From a virus (Duplodnaviria > Caudoviricetes), in the IMG/VR virus record IMGVR_UViG_3300005805_000196, positions 1-39,184 of that record: a DNA stretch of 39,184 bases. The stretch is one strand, 5' to 3'. Every line of letters starts with the position of its first letter. The first letter of the stretch is position 1. The notes below the pieces were generated by a model, which saw nothing but the letters and a program-made list of their open reading frames with translations, was not told the DNA's origin and did not search any database. Positions 24,016-36,848 of this stretch are shown one piece after another. The translations under genes were made by a program, and so were the position numbers.

Positions 24016-24223
24016 TTTCCGGTTCCTCTGTGTCATATTCGTCTTGTTCTTCTTCGTCTTCGTCTGATGGGATGCCAAAAAACTTAGCAGCAACATCAAT
24101 CTTTTTGTCTTCAATTGCATCCTTTAGCTTGTCAATTACAATAGCATTAAATGCTTCTTTGGCCTTTGTGGGCTCATTTGACAAAGTAAAGTCAACTAGA
24201 TCTCTCACAGAATAATCGCTCAT
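24008..24223 (-). CDS. Small acidic prohead core protein (gp67-like)
   Basis: GGAGG RBS, acidic tail, follows gp20; GATAAATA at 24235-24242. Confidence 0.75.
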   Translation of the reverse strand: MSDYSVRDLVDFTLSNEPTKAKEAFNAIVIDKLKDAIEDKKIDVAAKFFGIPSDEDEEEQDEYDTEEPENG

Positions 24224-24240
24224 AAATCCTCCATTATTTA

Positions 24241-25764
24241 TCATTTAGGCTGACTATCAGCCTGCATTTGCTGTTGAAGCATTTCATCTTGTTCAATCTC
24301 TTGATCCATGTCTTCAATATCTTCTTCTGTCTGTCTTAGCACATTCTTGCGAACATATTCTCTTGAGTAATAAGATCCGACATAAGGAGAAATCTGAGTC
24401 AGCATGTTTATTCTATTTTTGAGAATCTCTCCTTCCTTTACTTCTGCAAAGAAGTTGTCTTTACCGTAATCAAAATTGATGTAGTTCTCTACAGCTGTAA
24501 ACTCATCTGCAGTCATGACCTGCTTTAGAACTAGCTGTTTTTCTAGAACTCTCAAGAAAAGCGAGTTGAACTTTGTGCGAAGTCTATTAATGAACTTACT
24601 GAACTTGACTTCATCTCTAGTTATTTCTGTCGTGTAGTTTGCGGCAAATGGCCCTTCGTTACTGAGTCTGGAAACAGGAACATACAGAGAATTGTAAAGC
24701 TTCTTTTGGAAGTAAAGAACATCATCCATCTGACCAAGATTCTGACCTGCTGGAAGAGTCGTGATTTCCGTACCTTTGTTTCCTTCGCGTCTTGGGAACC
24801 AGTAGTCCTCAAGCATTGTCATGAATCTTCTGTCGTCTTTGATGTCACCAGTTGTTGCATCGTAGACAAGACGATTCTTATGCTTGACCATCATCTCTCT
24901 GATGTACTGCTCTGCTTTGAGCTTTGGCATATTACCAACATCAATGTAGAAGATTCTTCTTTCTGGAGCTCTTGATATACGATAGATTACTGTTGCGTCC
25001 TCAAGAGTTCTCAGCTGATTGAGAGGCTTGATTGCCTTGTGAAGATAAGACAGAACCATCTGATTGTTAGTGTCCATCAGACCAGATGTGCACTGAACAA
25101 TGCTGTCTTTTGCAATCTTCACTCCCTGTGTGCCGACACTACCTGAAGCTGACTGCATCAGCTTTGCATTGAAACCTTTTTCATTGTAGATGTAGTACTC
25201 GTTTGTGTTCTGGACCAGTGTGACTTCTGTTCGAGCATCACGCTTTCTCTTGACTTCACGAATCTTTCTAATCTTTCTAGGATCAATGTAACGAAGTTCT
25301 TGAATGCCTTCTGCAGGCATCTTCACGTCAAGAATGACATGATAGTAAAGACGACCGTCTACATACCATCTCTTGAATACATCAAATCCTCTTGTGTTAA
25401 ATTCTAACAGTTCAAGGACCTTGTCAAATTCAGCTGAGATTAGTTTCTTTGCTTTAGGAGAGAGATTAATTTGATCCAAGTTGATTGTGACAATTTTAGT
25501 TTCCGGTTCTGAGACTATTGCCTCATTGACAATGTCATCTACAGCATTCTCTACTTCAGGATGCTGCATCATTTCTCTATACTTAGTAACAACTTCTGCT
25601 TCGGTTCTTGCTGTTCCGTCTAGGTCAACGACTGTGCCGTACGATCCGCCTGCAGCAACAACAACAGCCCCATCATCTTCTTGTCTTGCAACAAACGATG
25701 GGGTGTTGTTCTTTTGTTCTTGCTCGTCATCTTTACGCTTAATTTCAAATCCAAAAAGATTCAT
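24241..25764 (-). CDS. gp20: Portal protein
   Basis: WYVDGR, YRISRAPERRIFYIDVGN, EDYWFPRREG. Confidence 0.98.
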   Translation of the reverse strand: MNLFGFEIKRKDDEQEQKNNTPSFVARQEDDGAVVVAAGGSYGTVVDLDGTARTEAEVVTKYREMMQHPEVENAVDDIVNEAIVSEPETKIVTINLDQINLSPKAKKLISAEFDKVLELLEFNTRGFDVFKRWYVDGRLYYHVILDVKMPAEGIQELRYIDPRKIRKIREVKRKRDARTEVTLVQNTNEYYIYNEKGFNAKLMQSASGSVGTQGVKIAKDSIVQCTSGLMDTNNQMVLSYLHKAIKPLNQLRTLEDATVIYRISRAPERRIFYIDVGNMPKLKAEQYIREMMVKHKNRLVYDATTGDIKDDRRFMTMLEDYWFPRREGNKGTEITTLPAGQNLGQMDDVLYFQKKLYNSLYVPVSRLSNEGPFAANYTTEITRDEVKFSKFINRLRTKFNSLFLRVLEKQLVLKQVMTADEFTAVENYINFDYGKDNFFAEVKEGEILKNRINMLTQISPYVGSYYSREYVRKNVLRQTEEDIEDMDQEIEQDEMLQQQMQADSQPK

Positions 25765-25786
25765 AATTCACCTATAATAAAAAGAA

Positions 25787-26338
25787 TCAAGTTCCGCCTG
25801 CATTGCCTGTGATGCCACCAGAAACCTCCCAGAAGTCATAGGCAAACGTGACACTAAACTCTTCAATTCTATCCTGCTCAGCCCAATCAAGGCCCATGCC
25901 AGAAATATCCTGGGGGAAGATGCCGTTGAATTGATATGTTCTGATAGGAACACCAGTCTTTGAGTACTGGACTACCTGAGCCTGTGCTTTGTATAGAAGA
26001 GGGCTTGCAGAACCAAATGCTCTTACGTTACCTTCAAAGCTCTGGATTCTATTTGACCATTCTTCCATCGCATTTCTGATAAGGAAGTCTTCATCATTGA
26101 TTACAGTTACTGCCCAACCACCGTATCTTCTATCGCCCGCAAGCTTGATTCGTCTTCCAAAGTATGGAACTTCCATCACACCCAACTCTGCATTAGGAAT
26201 TGAAGTTGCTCTAACCATGAAAGGCACTCTAATGTCAGCTACCGAGTTTGCAGGGTTCTGAATCGTCACCTGAAACAGTGTTGGTCTTGCACCACCAAGG
26301 ATTAGCTGACTTTTGATCTCATTTACGTTGAACGCCAT
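25787..26338 (-). CDS. gp19: Tail tube protein
   Basis: GGARPTLF, YFGR..KLAGDR, INDEDF, IEEF.VTF. Confidence 0.97.
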   Translation of the reverse strand: MAFNVNEIKSQLILGGARPTLFQVTIQNPANSVADIRVPFMVRATSIPNAELGVMEVPYFGRRIKLAGDRRYGGWAVTVINDEDFLIRNAMEEWSNRIQSFEGNVRAFGSASPLLYKAQAQVVQYSKTGVPIRTYQFNGIFPQDISGMGLDWAEQDRIEEFSVTFAYDFWEVSGGITGNAGGT

Positions 26339-26358
26339 TTTTGAATTCTCCTATACCC

Positions 26359-28713
26359 TTAGAATTGGCCAACAATCTCTGAGAATTCTACACCTGTTCT
26401 CACAGCGACGAAGTTCAGCTGGATGAAGTTGATTGAACGTGCTGGCTTGATGTAGATGTCGCCAACAAACTCGTTACGATCTATTACTTCTCCTGTGTTG
26501 TTTGTTTCGTCACAAACAACCTTGAAGTCGTAGATGCCGCGTCTTCCTTGAATGTCTCTCAGGAATGGCTCAACGAGATTCTTGAACTGAGCTCTTGTAA
26601 ACTCGTCGTTCAACTCAAACAGTGTGAACTTAGCTGCTGTTGCAATTGCCTTCTCAAGAACAATGAACAGACGACGAACATTGATTCTGTCGAAAGCGCT
26701 TGGCTTAGCCAACAGAGTCTTGTCGCCGTAGAGTAGTGTTCCCTGACCAGGGAAGGTAACGACAGGATTGATGCCACTCTTGTAAAGGACATCTCTGTCA
26801 GCCTTACCTGGATTGTATGCTAGCTTGATTACATTCTTAATAATACCGCGGTTGAAGCCTGCAGGAGAGAACCAAGGATCTCTTGTGTCGTCTGTTCTTA
26901 CTGCAAGACCGGCCATGTCACCGTTTAGAGGAATGTATCGATAGACATCATTGTAGCGGTCGTACTGATACTTGTACCCAGAATCAAGGACTGCATACGA
27001 TGTGGATGTCAGAGAATTTCGGAAAGTGACAATGTCGTTCGATTCATCTCTTCCTGCATTCTGAACAACGTCTGCCTTATCTGGGCTGATGAAAGCTACG
27101 CAGTCTTTTCTAACTTCGCAGATATTGTCAATAATGTAGTTTGCCATTTGCTGACCGTTAGTGCTGCCTCTTGCCTTACCAGCGACGATCAAGGAGATGT
27201 CGACATCTTCTGCTGATTTGAATAGGTCATAGCCTGATGACAACACACTTACAGGAACATCGCTTTCATTATCACCATCTGACCCAAAAATCATTGAAAG
27301 AGACATTGGAACTGAGCTTGTGGCAGATGTGATGTTTAGTGATGTATTTGATACTGCTGTTGTTCGATCGTTAACCCACCAAACGTAGGCTGAATTGTCA
27401 TTAATTACTGTCTTGTAGTAGTTGGTAGCACCTTCATTTGTCTTTGCATCTGATGCTCTTGACACGCTCTGATAGACTTCTAGGATTGTTCCAGGAACCC
27501 CAGTGAACTTACCATCTTCGTCTGTGACAACAACATGCAACTCATCATTTGCTGATGTGTTTCCAAAGCTTGTCACGTAATCGGATCTGCCAGGAGCTGC
27601 ATCTACGTTATCAAAGAATTCCCAGTATCTTACGATCGTATTTGAAGAAGCGTTAGTTGTGATTGAATAGTTTGAGTCAAACGACAACACAACAGATGCT
27701 GCTGCATTTGATGTGCTGTTACCAGCATTTGCTACTGCACCAACAGCGGTTACCTTTAGATACTGCTTGCCAATCGTGCTGTTACCTGCCTCGACAATGT
27801 CGTTGACTGAAATTAAGCCAGCAATTGTTGAAGCAACATTGCCAATTTCAGAATTCGTAATCGTAGCATTAGCAGCAAACACAGTTACTGTAGCTGTGTT
27901 GCTTCCAGAAACAAATGCAACATTTGAAGTTGTACCATTTGCCCACAGATTATAAGTGTTAGAAGTGTTGGATCCTATGTAATACTCACTTGAATTGAAT
28001 GAAATGTTTGAATTGTATTGGTTGGCTGTATCACACACAGAAACCTTTAACGAATTTCCAAGTTCTCCAGGGAATCTTGCAATGTATGCTACTTCAGTAC
28101 CAAACGAGTCGTCTTTGACTTCATAGTCATCTTCATTCTCTACAACATACAGAGCTAGTTTGCTAGCAAGAGCCGATTGGTTTGCAATTGAAGTAAATAC
28201 AGCATTTGAAGAGACAAAATACAAAGTGCTCGATGACACAGTTCCAAGGGTTGCCTTTGATAGAACAATTGCTGTCGTATTTGATGTGTCTGAAGTGTTA
28301 CCAATAGAGGCTACTGTTGTTCCTACAGCAATATTAGCACCATATACAACCATGCCTACTGCTACATTAGCAGCTGTTGTGTTTGCAAAGCCTGTGACAG
28401 TTGTATTAGCACCAGATGTTGATAAACCTGAAATTGTATTTGAAAACCCAGTAGTGTTAGCAGCACGGCTAACATACAGCTTGTTGCCATATGCAAGGAA
28501 GTTAGCGGCGCTAAAGAACGTTTCTGGATTGTGATTTGTTGGCTTTCCAAAGCGGTTGACGAGGTTGGATTCCGAGTCGATCAGGATTCTCTTGTCGACT
28601 GGACCCCATCTGAACACGCCAGAAATTGCACCTTCAGTTGTAGAAACTGCAGGAACTACCGTTGTCAGGTCGATTTCAGATACGTTTACGCCTGGACTAA
28701 CTTGAAATGGCAT
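26359..28713 (-). CDS. gp18: Contractile tail sheath protein with Asn/Ser/Thr-rich insertion domains
   Basis: SPGV...EID, PWFSPAG, FDRINVRRLF, IKPARSINFI. Confidence 0.98.
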   Translation of the reverse strand: MPFQVSPGVNVSEIDLTTVVPAVSTTEGAISGVFRWGPVDKRILIDSESNLVNRFGKPTNHNPETFFSAANFLAYGNKLYVSRAANTTGFSNTISGLSTSGANTTVTGFANTTAANVAVGMVVYGANIAVGTTVASIGNTSDTSNTTAIVLSKATLGTVSSSTLYFVSSNAVFTSIANQSALASKLALYVVENEDDYEVKDDSFGTEVAYIARFPGELGNSLKVSVCDTANQYNSNISFNSSEYYIGSNTSNTYNLWANGTTSNVAFVSGSNTATVTVFAANATITNSEIGNVASTIAGLISVNDIVEAGNSTIGKQYLKVTAVGAVANAGNSTSNAAASVVLSFDSNYSITTNASSNTIVRYWEFFDNVDAAPGRSDYVTSFGNTSANDELHVVVTDEDGKFTGVPGTILEVYQSVSRASDAKTNEGATNYYKTVINDNSAYVWWVNDRTTAVSNTSLNITSATSSVPMSLSMIFGSDGDNESDVPVSVLSSGYDLFKSAEDVDISLIVAGKARGSTNGQQMANYIIDNICEVRKDCVAFISPDKADVVQNAGRDESNDIVTFRNSLTSTSYAVLDSGYKYQYDRYNDVYRYIPLNGDMAGLAVRTDDTRDPWFSPAGFNRGIIKNVIKLAYNPGKADRDVLYKSGINPVVTFPGQGTLLYGDKTLLAKPSAFDRINVRRLFIVLEKAIATAAKFTLFELNDEFTRAQFKNLVEPFLRDIQGRRGIYDFKVVCDETNNTGEVIDRNEFVGDIYIKPARSINFIQLNFVAVRTGVEFSEIVGQF

Positions 28714-28756
28714 CGTACTCTCCCATAAATTTTAGGTTGTTGGGTCAAACTCGTAT

Positions 28757-28764
28757 TATTTATG
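28757..28764 (-). promoter_or_regulatory. Late promoter CATAAATA (gp18)
   Basis: Intergenic ATAAATA core. Confidence 0.7.
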
Positions 28765-28779
28765 TTTTTAGGGGTTTGA

Positions 28780-31713
<2,934 letters not shown>

Positions 31714-31717
<4 letters not shown>

Positions 31718-32541
31718 GGGAGATCTGTTTTAGTGATAATATAACCATAGTCTTCAGAGGCATCAATTTCTATGTAGTCTACAGAAGCTGCAGCATTAGA
31801 AGTCGGTTGCCCATTTGCAGTCAAGCCTGGTCTTACTTCTATTCTAAGAGTAGGATCTGTGTTTCCTACACCTTCCGCTGCAGTGTTTGTTGTAGGAATG
31901 TACAAATTTGTGTTTGCAAATTTGATAACCTTCGACTTCTTGACAGGGCCAAAGATATAACCTTTGAGTGTGAACGAAAGTGTCCATATAATTACCCTAT
32001 CTTCTTCAATCTTGCCCTCATACGAATCATTCAATGTGACATTGTCTAGGACAATTGGAATGTCCATTGCAATGCTCATTGATGGAATCAAATTGACTGT
32101 AGACGTCCAGTCTGGTGTAAAGAATGGTAGGATCTGCTCAACAATTCTAGAACCATCTTCTGCAAACCTTGTCATTACATAAAGATTAAAAGTGATGTCA
32201 TAAGGAACTGGAACGTACTGATACTGAAGCTTGTTAGGCTCATTTGTCAGCACCTTGAAATTCTTCTGAACTGTCTGGAGCTTTCTGTTTGGTGAGTACT
32301 TAATGTCTCTTATCTCAAATCCCATTCTAGGAAGCTGAATCTGGACTGGCTTATTGAGGTTAGGATCCTGAGTGTTTCTTACAAGGAACTTTTCCTTTGG
32401 ACCATATGCCAATGGAACCTTCATTGTCTGCACAGTCTCACCAGCCGAGTTTGTCCTGTTAATGTAGATGCTGTTGAACAATGTGCCAAACAGAATCACA
32501 TACTTGCGGATTGTGTCATGGAAGAAAGTTGCTCCTAGCAT
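31714..32541 (-). CDS. gp15: Tail sheath stabilizer/terminator
   Basis: FGTLFN, VPLAYGPK, LPRMGFE, EQILPFF.P. Confidence 0.96.
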
Positions 32542-33266
32542 TAGACTCTTCCTGTCTCGCTGAATGGATCTAGCTCTGTGAAGTCTAGAATGTTGTCACT
32601 TACTGTCTGAATATCGTCATTGTCAGCTATTGGATCTGCAGTGTTAATGTCATATTTTTCTTGAACAAGGTCGTATCCATTTTCATCCTGAATAAACAAT
32701 CCACCCTCAGAAAGTATACCATAACCAGACATGCTGGTTGAATAGTTCTTTTCAATATCATCAATTTCCTTGATTCCTGTGTTCAACTTCTCGTTGTTGT
32801 AGACAAATAGCTCACACTGAATGTCGAAAGTCTGTAGCGAGCCCATCTGATAGAAGATTGCTTCGTGCTCGACAAACTTGATCTCAAACAGCTTCTTATT
32901 CAGAGGGAAGTAGATTAGATCACCTTCTTTAGGTCTTACCTGAGACGTGTATGAACCAACTTCCTCACTGAACACGCGTCTTGAAACTGTGAATGTCACA
33001 GTGTCGTTGATCTGTAGATTAAACTTAGAAAGGAAGTCACCCTGACCTCCAAACCCTTCCACATTCTTAATATACATCTCAAGCATGTAGAAACCATTGA
33101 ACTCAGAGATTGTGTCTTCTGTGAGAACATTGTCTACTTTGACCAACGTTCTAGGTAGGTAAAACAAATCGTGGCCGTAGATTTTGATTGACTCGACAAT
33201 TAAGTCGTCAATCAACTGTTGTTCCATACTTGAATTAAAGTTGTTAAAGTAGAAGTTTGTTGATAT
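32541..33266 (-). CDS. gp14: Neck protein (first ATG at 33227; probable true start at ATA 33266)
   Basis: ESIKIYG...YLPR, FLSKF, RPKEGDLIYFP, FVEHE. Confidence 0.93.
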   Translation of the reverse strand: MSTNFYFNNFNSSMEQQLIDDLIVESIKIYGHDLFYLPRTLVKVDNVLTEDTISEFNGFYMLEMYIKNVEGFGGQGDFLSKFNLQINDTVTFTVSRRVFSEEVGSYTSQVRPKEGDLIYFPLNKKLFEIKFVEHEAIFYQMGSLQTFDIQCELFVYNNEKLNTGIKEIDDIEKNYSTSMSGYGILSEGGLFIQDENGYDLVQEKYDINTADPIADNDDIQTVSDNILDFTELDPFSETGRV

Positions 33267-33278
33267 GACACAAACTCC

Positions 33279-34019
33279 TTATCCAATAAAGTCGTTTGAT
33301 GGCAACGAGTAGCTATTGATAACTGTGCGTTCTAGCTCTTCTATTTCATTAGATGCATCATTGTAAATCTTGTCGCCGTTGAACGTGACGCCACCAGGAA
33401 GCTGCATCCCAGAGAACTTAGAAAGATTAGAACCCCACTGCCTTTTGATCAAGGCAGTGCAATAGTTCTGAAGCCATCTGTCACTCCAAACATCTGTATA
33501 TGTGTCTGGGTCAAGAACTGAATAAGCCTCCACTACGATATAGTCACCTACATTGAGTTTATCCCAGTTCATGTCGATATACAGCTTGTCATTGTGTCTG
33601 TTGTATCTGATCGGCTGCTTACCTACAAGAAGCTCTTCAAGGACCCTGATATGCGTGAATGCCATGTAGTAAGGAATCATTGACACGGATGTCAATGTGT
33701 ACAAATCGTTCAATGCAATCTGATATCTAATGTTGAATAAGTTGTTTGTGCTGAGGGAATCGCCTATATCAAAGATGTTGACAGCACCGATGATGTTTTC
33801 TGGAAGAGTGATGTACTTATCAGACACATTATTTGCTGTGATTTGATGCTTGTAGTAAATCTTTTCAGTACCATCAAAATGGTAGTCCCAGTACATCTTG
33901 AGTGCTTCATCAATGCGATCTTCAACTTGATCATCGTCGACATTGATTTCAATAACAGGCTTGCCTAGTCTTCTCAAGCAATATTCTTTGAATTCGGAGC
34001 GAGATGTGGGGACTGCCAT
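33279..34019 (-). CDS. gp13: Neck protein
   Basis: YCLRRLG.PVIEINVDD.Q, KRQWG.NL.KF...LPGG. Confidence 0.97.
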   Translation of the reverse strand: MAVPTSRSEFKEYCLRRLGKPVIEINVDDDQVEDRIDEALKMYWDYHFDGTEKIYYKHQITANNVSDKYITLPENIIGAVNIFDIGDSLSTNNLFNIRYQIALNDLYTLTSVSMIPYYMAFTHIRVLEELLVGKQPIRYNRHNDKLYIDMNWDKLNVGDYIVVEAYSVLDPDTYTDVWSDRWLQNYCTALIKRQWGSNLSKFSGMQLPGGVTFNGDKIYNDASNEIEELERTVINSYSLPSNDFIG

Positions 34020-34044
34020 TTCTGACCTTTTGAGCTGTTTAGTG

Positions 34045-34052
34045 TATTTATA
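34045..34052 (-). promoter_or_regulatory. Late promoter TATAAATA (gp13 operon)
   Basis: Exact T4 late consensus in the intergenic gap. Confidence 0.8.
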
Positions 34053-34055
34053 AAC

Positions 34056-34826
34056 TCAAAGACCCATTTGTTCTCTAATTTTTGTTGCACTTATGCTAGT
34101 GATGGAAGCATCAAAGGCCTCTTGCTCAATCTTGTAGCCGACATCCCTTCCGTATGTAATGTTTACGATGTTTGGAACGACAATCACTTGAAACATCCCC
34201 TGATACTTAGGCTCCAAATCTTTTTTAATTCTTTCGATCACCTGTGATGCATTAAATGGATTAGAATCATTCCAACCCTGACAATCTCTTATCATAATAC
34301 AAACCTGACCAGTTTTAGCGATAGCTCTCTCAAACAATGCCCTATGGCCTGGATGCCAAGGCTGCCATCTACCAAGCATCTGTACTGTTTCTTTGTTAGA
34401 TTGAAAGATTGGCCGTCTTAAATTATTTTGAATATGATTAGAAACAAAAGCTGCCCATATATCTGCGTTTTGTTCTGTGATTCTAAAGTCGTAGGTTTCA
34501 GGAGCAACGAACATCTTGTTAGTGTCTTCAAATCTTCCTTCCTCAATAGTATCCATCCATACCACCCAGTCAGGCTTGATTGTTGCTCTCATTTCAGGTA
34601 GAGGGCAAACAAAATCACAGACCACATACTTTTTCTTACTCTTCGACGCCACAGACTGCATTCTTGTTGCTTGTCTTAGACGCCCTTCAGGTGAGAAATC
34701 CCAATCATTCGACACCCTCCTAAGCTCATCGCCATTAAGATGCTCTACATCCCCTAGCAGTTCTGTTATCTTTTTAGCAAAAGTAGTCTTCCCAGAACCA
34801 GGAAGACCCATAACCAAAATTTTCAT
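34056..34826 (-). CDS. APS-kinase-like P-loop domain fused to an HxGH nucleotidyltransferase domain
   Basis: GLPGSGKT, NGDELR, DFS.EGR, FVCP; then GRWQPWHPGH, SISATKIR. Confidence 0.8.
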   Translation of the reverse strand: MKILVMGLPGSGKTTFAKKITELLGDVEHLNGDELRRVSNDWDFSPEGRLRQATRMQSVASKSKKKYVVCDFVCPLPEMRATIKPDWVVWMDTIEEGRFEDTNKMFVAPETYDFRITEQNADIWAAFVSNHIQNNLRRPIFQSNKETVQMLGRWQPWHPGHRALFERAIAKTGQVCIMIRDCQGWNDSNPFNASQVIERIKKDLEPKYQGMFQVIVVPNIVNITYGRDVGYKIEQEAFDASITSISATKIREQMGL

Positions 34827-34835
34827 TAGTATCTC

Positions 34836-35474
34836 CTATTTTACATTAATTGAAATGTTATGATAGCCAGAAGCAGACGACCCTTCAAAGAAGTAGTTTG
34901 TTCCAAGACAGTAACGTCGTATCTTTGAAGTAGACTTTTCTGTTGCATGCTTTATCCATCCCGGAAACACAATTAGTGTGTTTGTTTTTGGATAGATTGT
35001 TAGATTGTTGTTGTTGTACTGATTTGGTTGCTTTTTACTGAACGCAAATTGAAATGTTTTAAAGATTTGGTCAAGACCATCTTGCCAAAAGTCTATGGGT
35101 GCCATTGTTTGATTTGACATATGCTCATCAAAGTACAACACACAACTAATCATCGTATTTCGATGGGAATGTTGCTCATGAAATGTTCCACAGACATTCA
35201 TTGACAACCATGACCTAAACATTTTGAACTTGTCATCAATTCCTAGCACAGTCTCGGTGTATAGTGAAACATGCTTGTCGCAAGCTGCCTTTATTCTATC
35301 CAATTTGTGTTGTTCTAAAACATGGCTTTCTTCACTGAGATAGTTGCCGTCCTCTCCATATTGTTTTTGTAGACTGATTGACTTGAGTGTTTCAACCTCA
35401 TCTTCCGTAAGGCCATCGCTATCTGATAGCTGCTGTACCAGAATTGGAACACTGTACAGGTTTATGATTGTCAT
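34836..35474 (-). CDS. 2OG-Fe(II) oxygenase
   Basis: HSH...SCVLY, FPGWIKH, distal R. Confidence 0.8.
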   Translation of the reverse strand: MTIINLYSVPILVQQLSDSDGLTEDEVETLKSISLQKQYGEDGNYLSEESHVLEQHKLDRIKAACDKHVSLYTETVLGIDDKFKMFRSWLSMNVCGTFHEQHSHRNTMISCVLYFDEHMSNQTMAPIDFWQDGLDQIFKTFQFAFSKKQPNQYNNNNLTIYPKTNTLIVFPGWIKHATEKSTSKIRRYCLGTNYFFEGSSASGYHNISINVK

Positions 35475-35475
35475 C

Positions 35476-36114
35476 TCAAATCAACTTAAAGTCCTTCATC
35501 CGTCCTGGCTTATGGACTTTGATGAAGATGTTTACTGATTCAGCGACATTAGACAATGTATTGAGGTTGATGTCTAGTTGCTTAGGAGCAAGCATGCCTT
35601 CTTCCTGGAGATTTCTCCAGTAGTGAATAATCTCATATGTGACGTCCGTGACCTCAAGATCAATATCATGATAAAGGCCAAATGTACTATCACTCAATTT
35701 TTTCTTGATTGATTCCATATTGACCATTTGATCAAACATTCTGAATGTCTTTGGTGTCAAGATCCGTACATGTGTATAGTCATCAAAGAATAAGTCGCAT
35801 CTATGATGAGGAACGTTGACAAACCATTCTGCGCCCGGTTTACTGACTCGGTACATCTCTTTGATAATTGCAGTGAAGGCTTTGGGAGATTGACCAAGAT
35901 GCTCAAGAATGTTGTCTGCATGGATTTTATCGAAGAAATTATCTTCCCAAGGCCAAGGTGTCAATTCAAAGTCCCACACTTGGTCAGGGTTACACTTAGG
36001 TTCGACGTCGACGTTCCAATAGTCTTCTAGCTTCTTGAAGCCACAACCCATGTTCAAATTTGAGTGTTCGGGTGTCAAAGGAGTGATGTTAGAGAGCATT
36101 GCTAATCCTTTCAT
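35476..36114 (-). CDS. Class I SAM methyltransferase (type 11-like)
   Basis: LNMGCG, NVD, LEHL, EMYRV, DYTH. Confidence 0.85.
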   Translation of the reverse strand: MKGLAMLSNITPLTPEHSNLNMGCGFKKLEDYWNVDVEPKCNPDQVWDFELTPWPWEDNFFDKIHADNILEHLGQSPKAFTAIIKEMYRVSKPGAEWFVNVPHHRCDLFFDDYTHVRILTPKTFRMFDQMVNMESIKKKLSDSTFGLYHDIDLEVTDVTYEIIHYWRNLQEEGMLAPKQLDINLNTLSNVAESVNIFIKVHKPGRMKDFKLI

Positions 36115-36848
36115 AATCTAGGCTTTGCTAGAACGTTATTTCCAATTACATTATAATGGTACTTATCTAGTCCAAGATAGTCAACAATCTCATTGAGAAT
36201 CGACTTTCTGTTATCAGAGTGTTCTATAAAAATGATAGGGTTGAACTTTGAAAGTGTTTGCTGGGCGCCTTTTAAGACTGCAATATCCATTCCTTCAACA
36301 TCTATCTTCAAGAAGTCTACTTTTGGTATTTTGAATGTTTCGACAAAGCTATCTACGGTGATTACTTGCACAACACACGATCTGCCTGACTTTGACGTAA
36401 TCTTGTCTTCAACTAGACTGAAGATACCAAAATCTTCTTTTTGGTAGTAGTCTGGCTCGTCTATCATTATCCATTCATTATGTTGACCAATTGCTATGTT
36501 ATATGTGAACACATTATCAAAGTTGTTGAGAGCGATGTTACCAGATAGCATCTGAAAAACAAGTCTCTGAGGCTCGAAGCAGTGGATTGTCCCGTAAGGA
36601 AACATCTTTGCAACCCACGTTGCATATGTTCCAATATTAGCACCTATATCAAAGATGACAGGATTCTTTTCTTCTCTAAGGGATAACAATGTGTGATGCG
36701 CCTCTATAGAAGAGGCGCTGCCATGATCTAAAAGCCATTGACCATGGCCCACTTGCTCATGATTGCAATCAAACCTGTTCACTATCATAGAACCATGATC
36801 AGAGGAAACAAGAACGTTTCTTCTGACCTTGTCAGTGACAGAAAACAT
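36111..36848 (-). CDS. FkbM-family methyltransferase
   Basis: FDIGANIG, FEPQ, KIDVEG. Confidence 0.9.
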   Translation of the reverse strand: MFSVTDKVRRNVLVSSDHGSMIVNRFDCNHEQVGHGQWLLDHGSASSIEAHHTLLSLREEKNPVIFDIGANIGTYATWVAKMFPYGTIHCFEPQRLVFQMLSGNIALNNFDNVFTYNIAIGQHNEWIMIDEPDYYQKEDFGIFSLVEDKITSKSGRSCVVQVITVDSFVETFKIPKVDFLKIDVEGMDIAVLKGAQQTLSKFNPIIFIEHSDNRKSILNEIVDYLGLDKYHYNVIGNNVLAKPRL

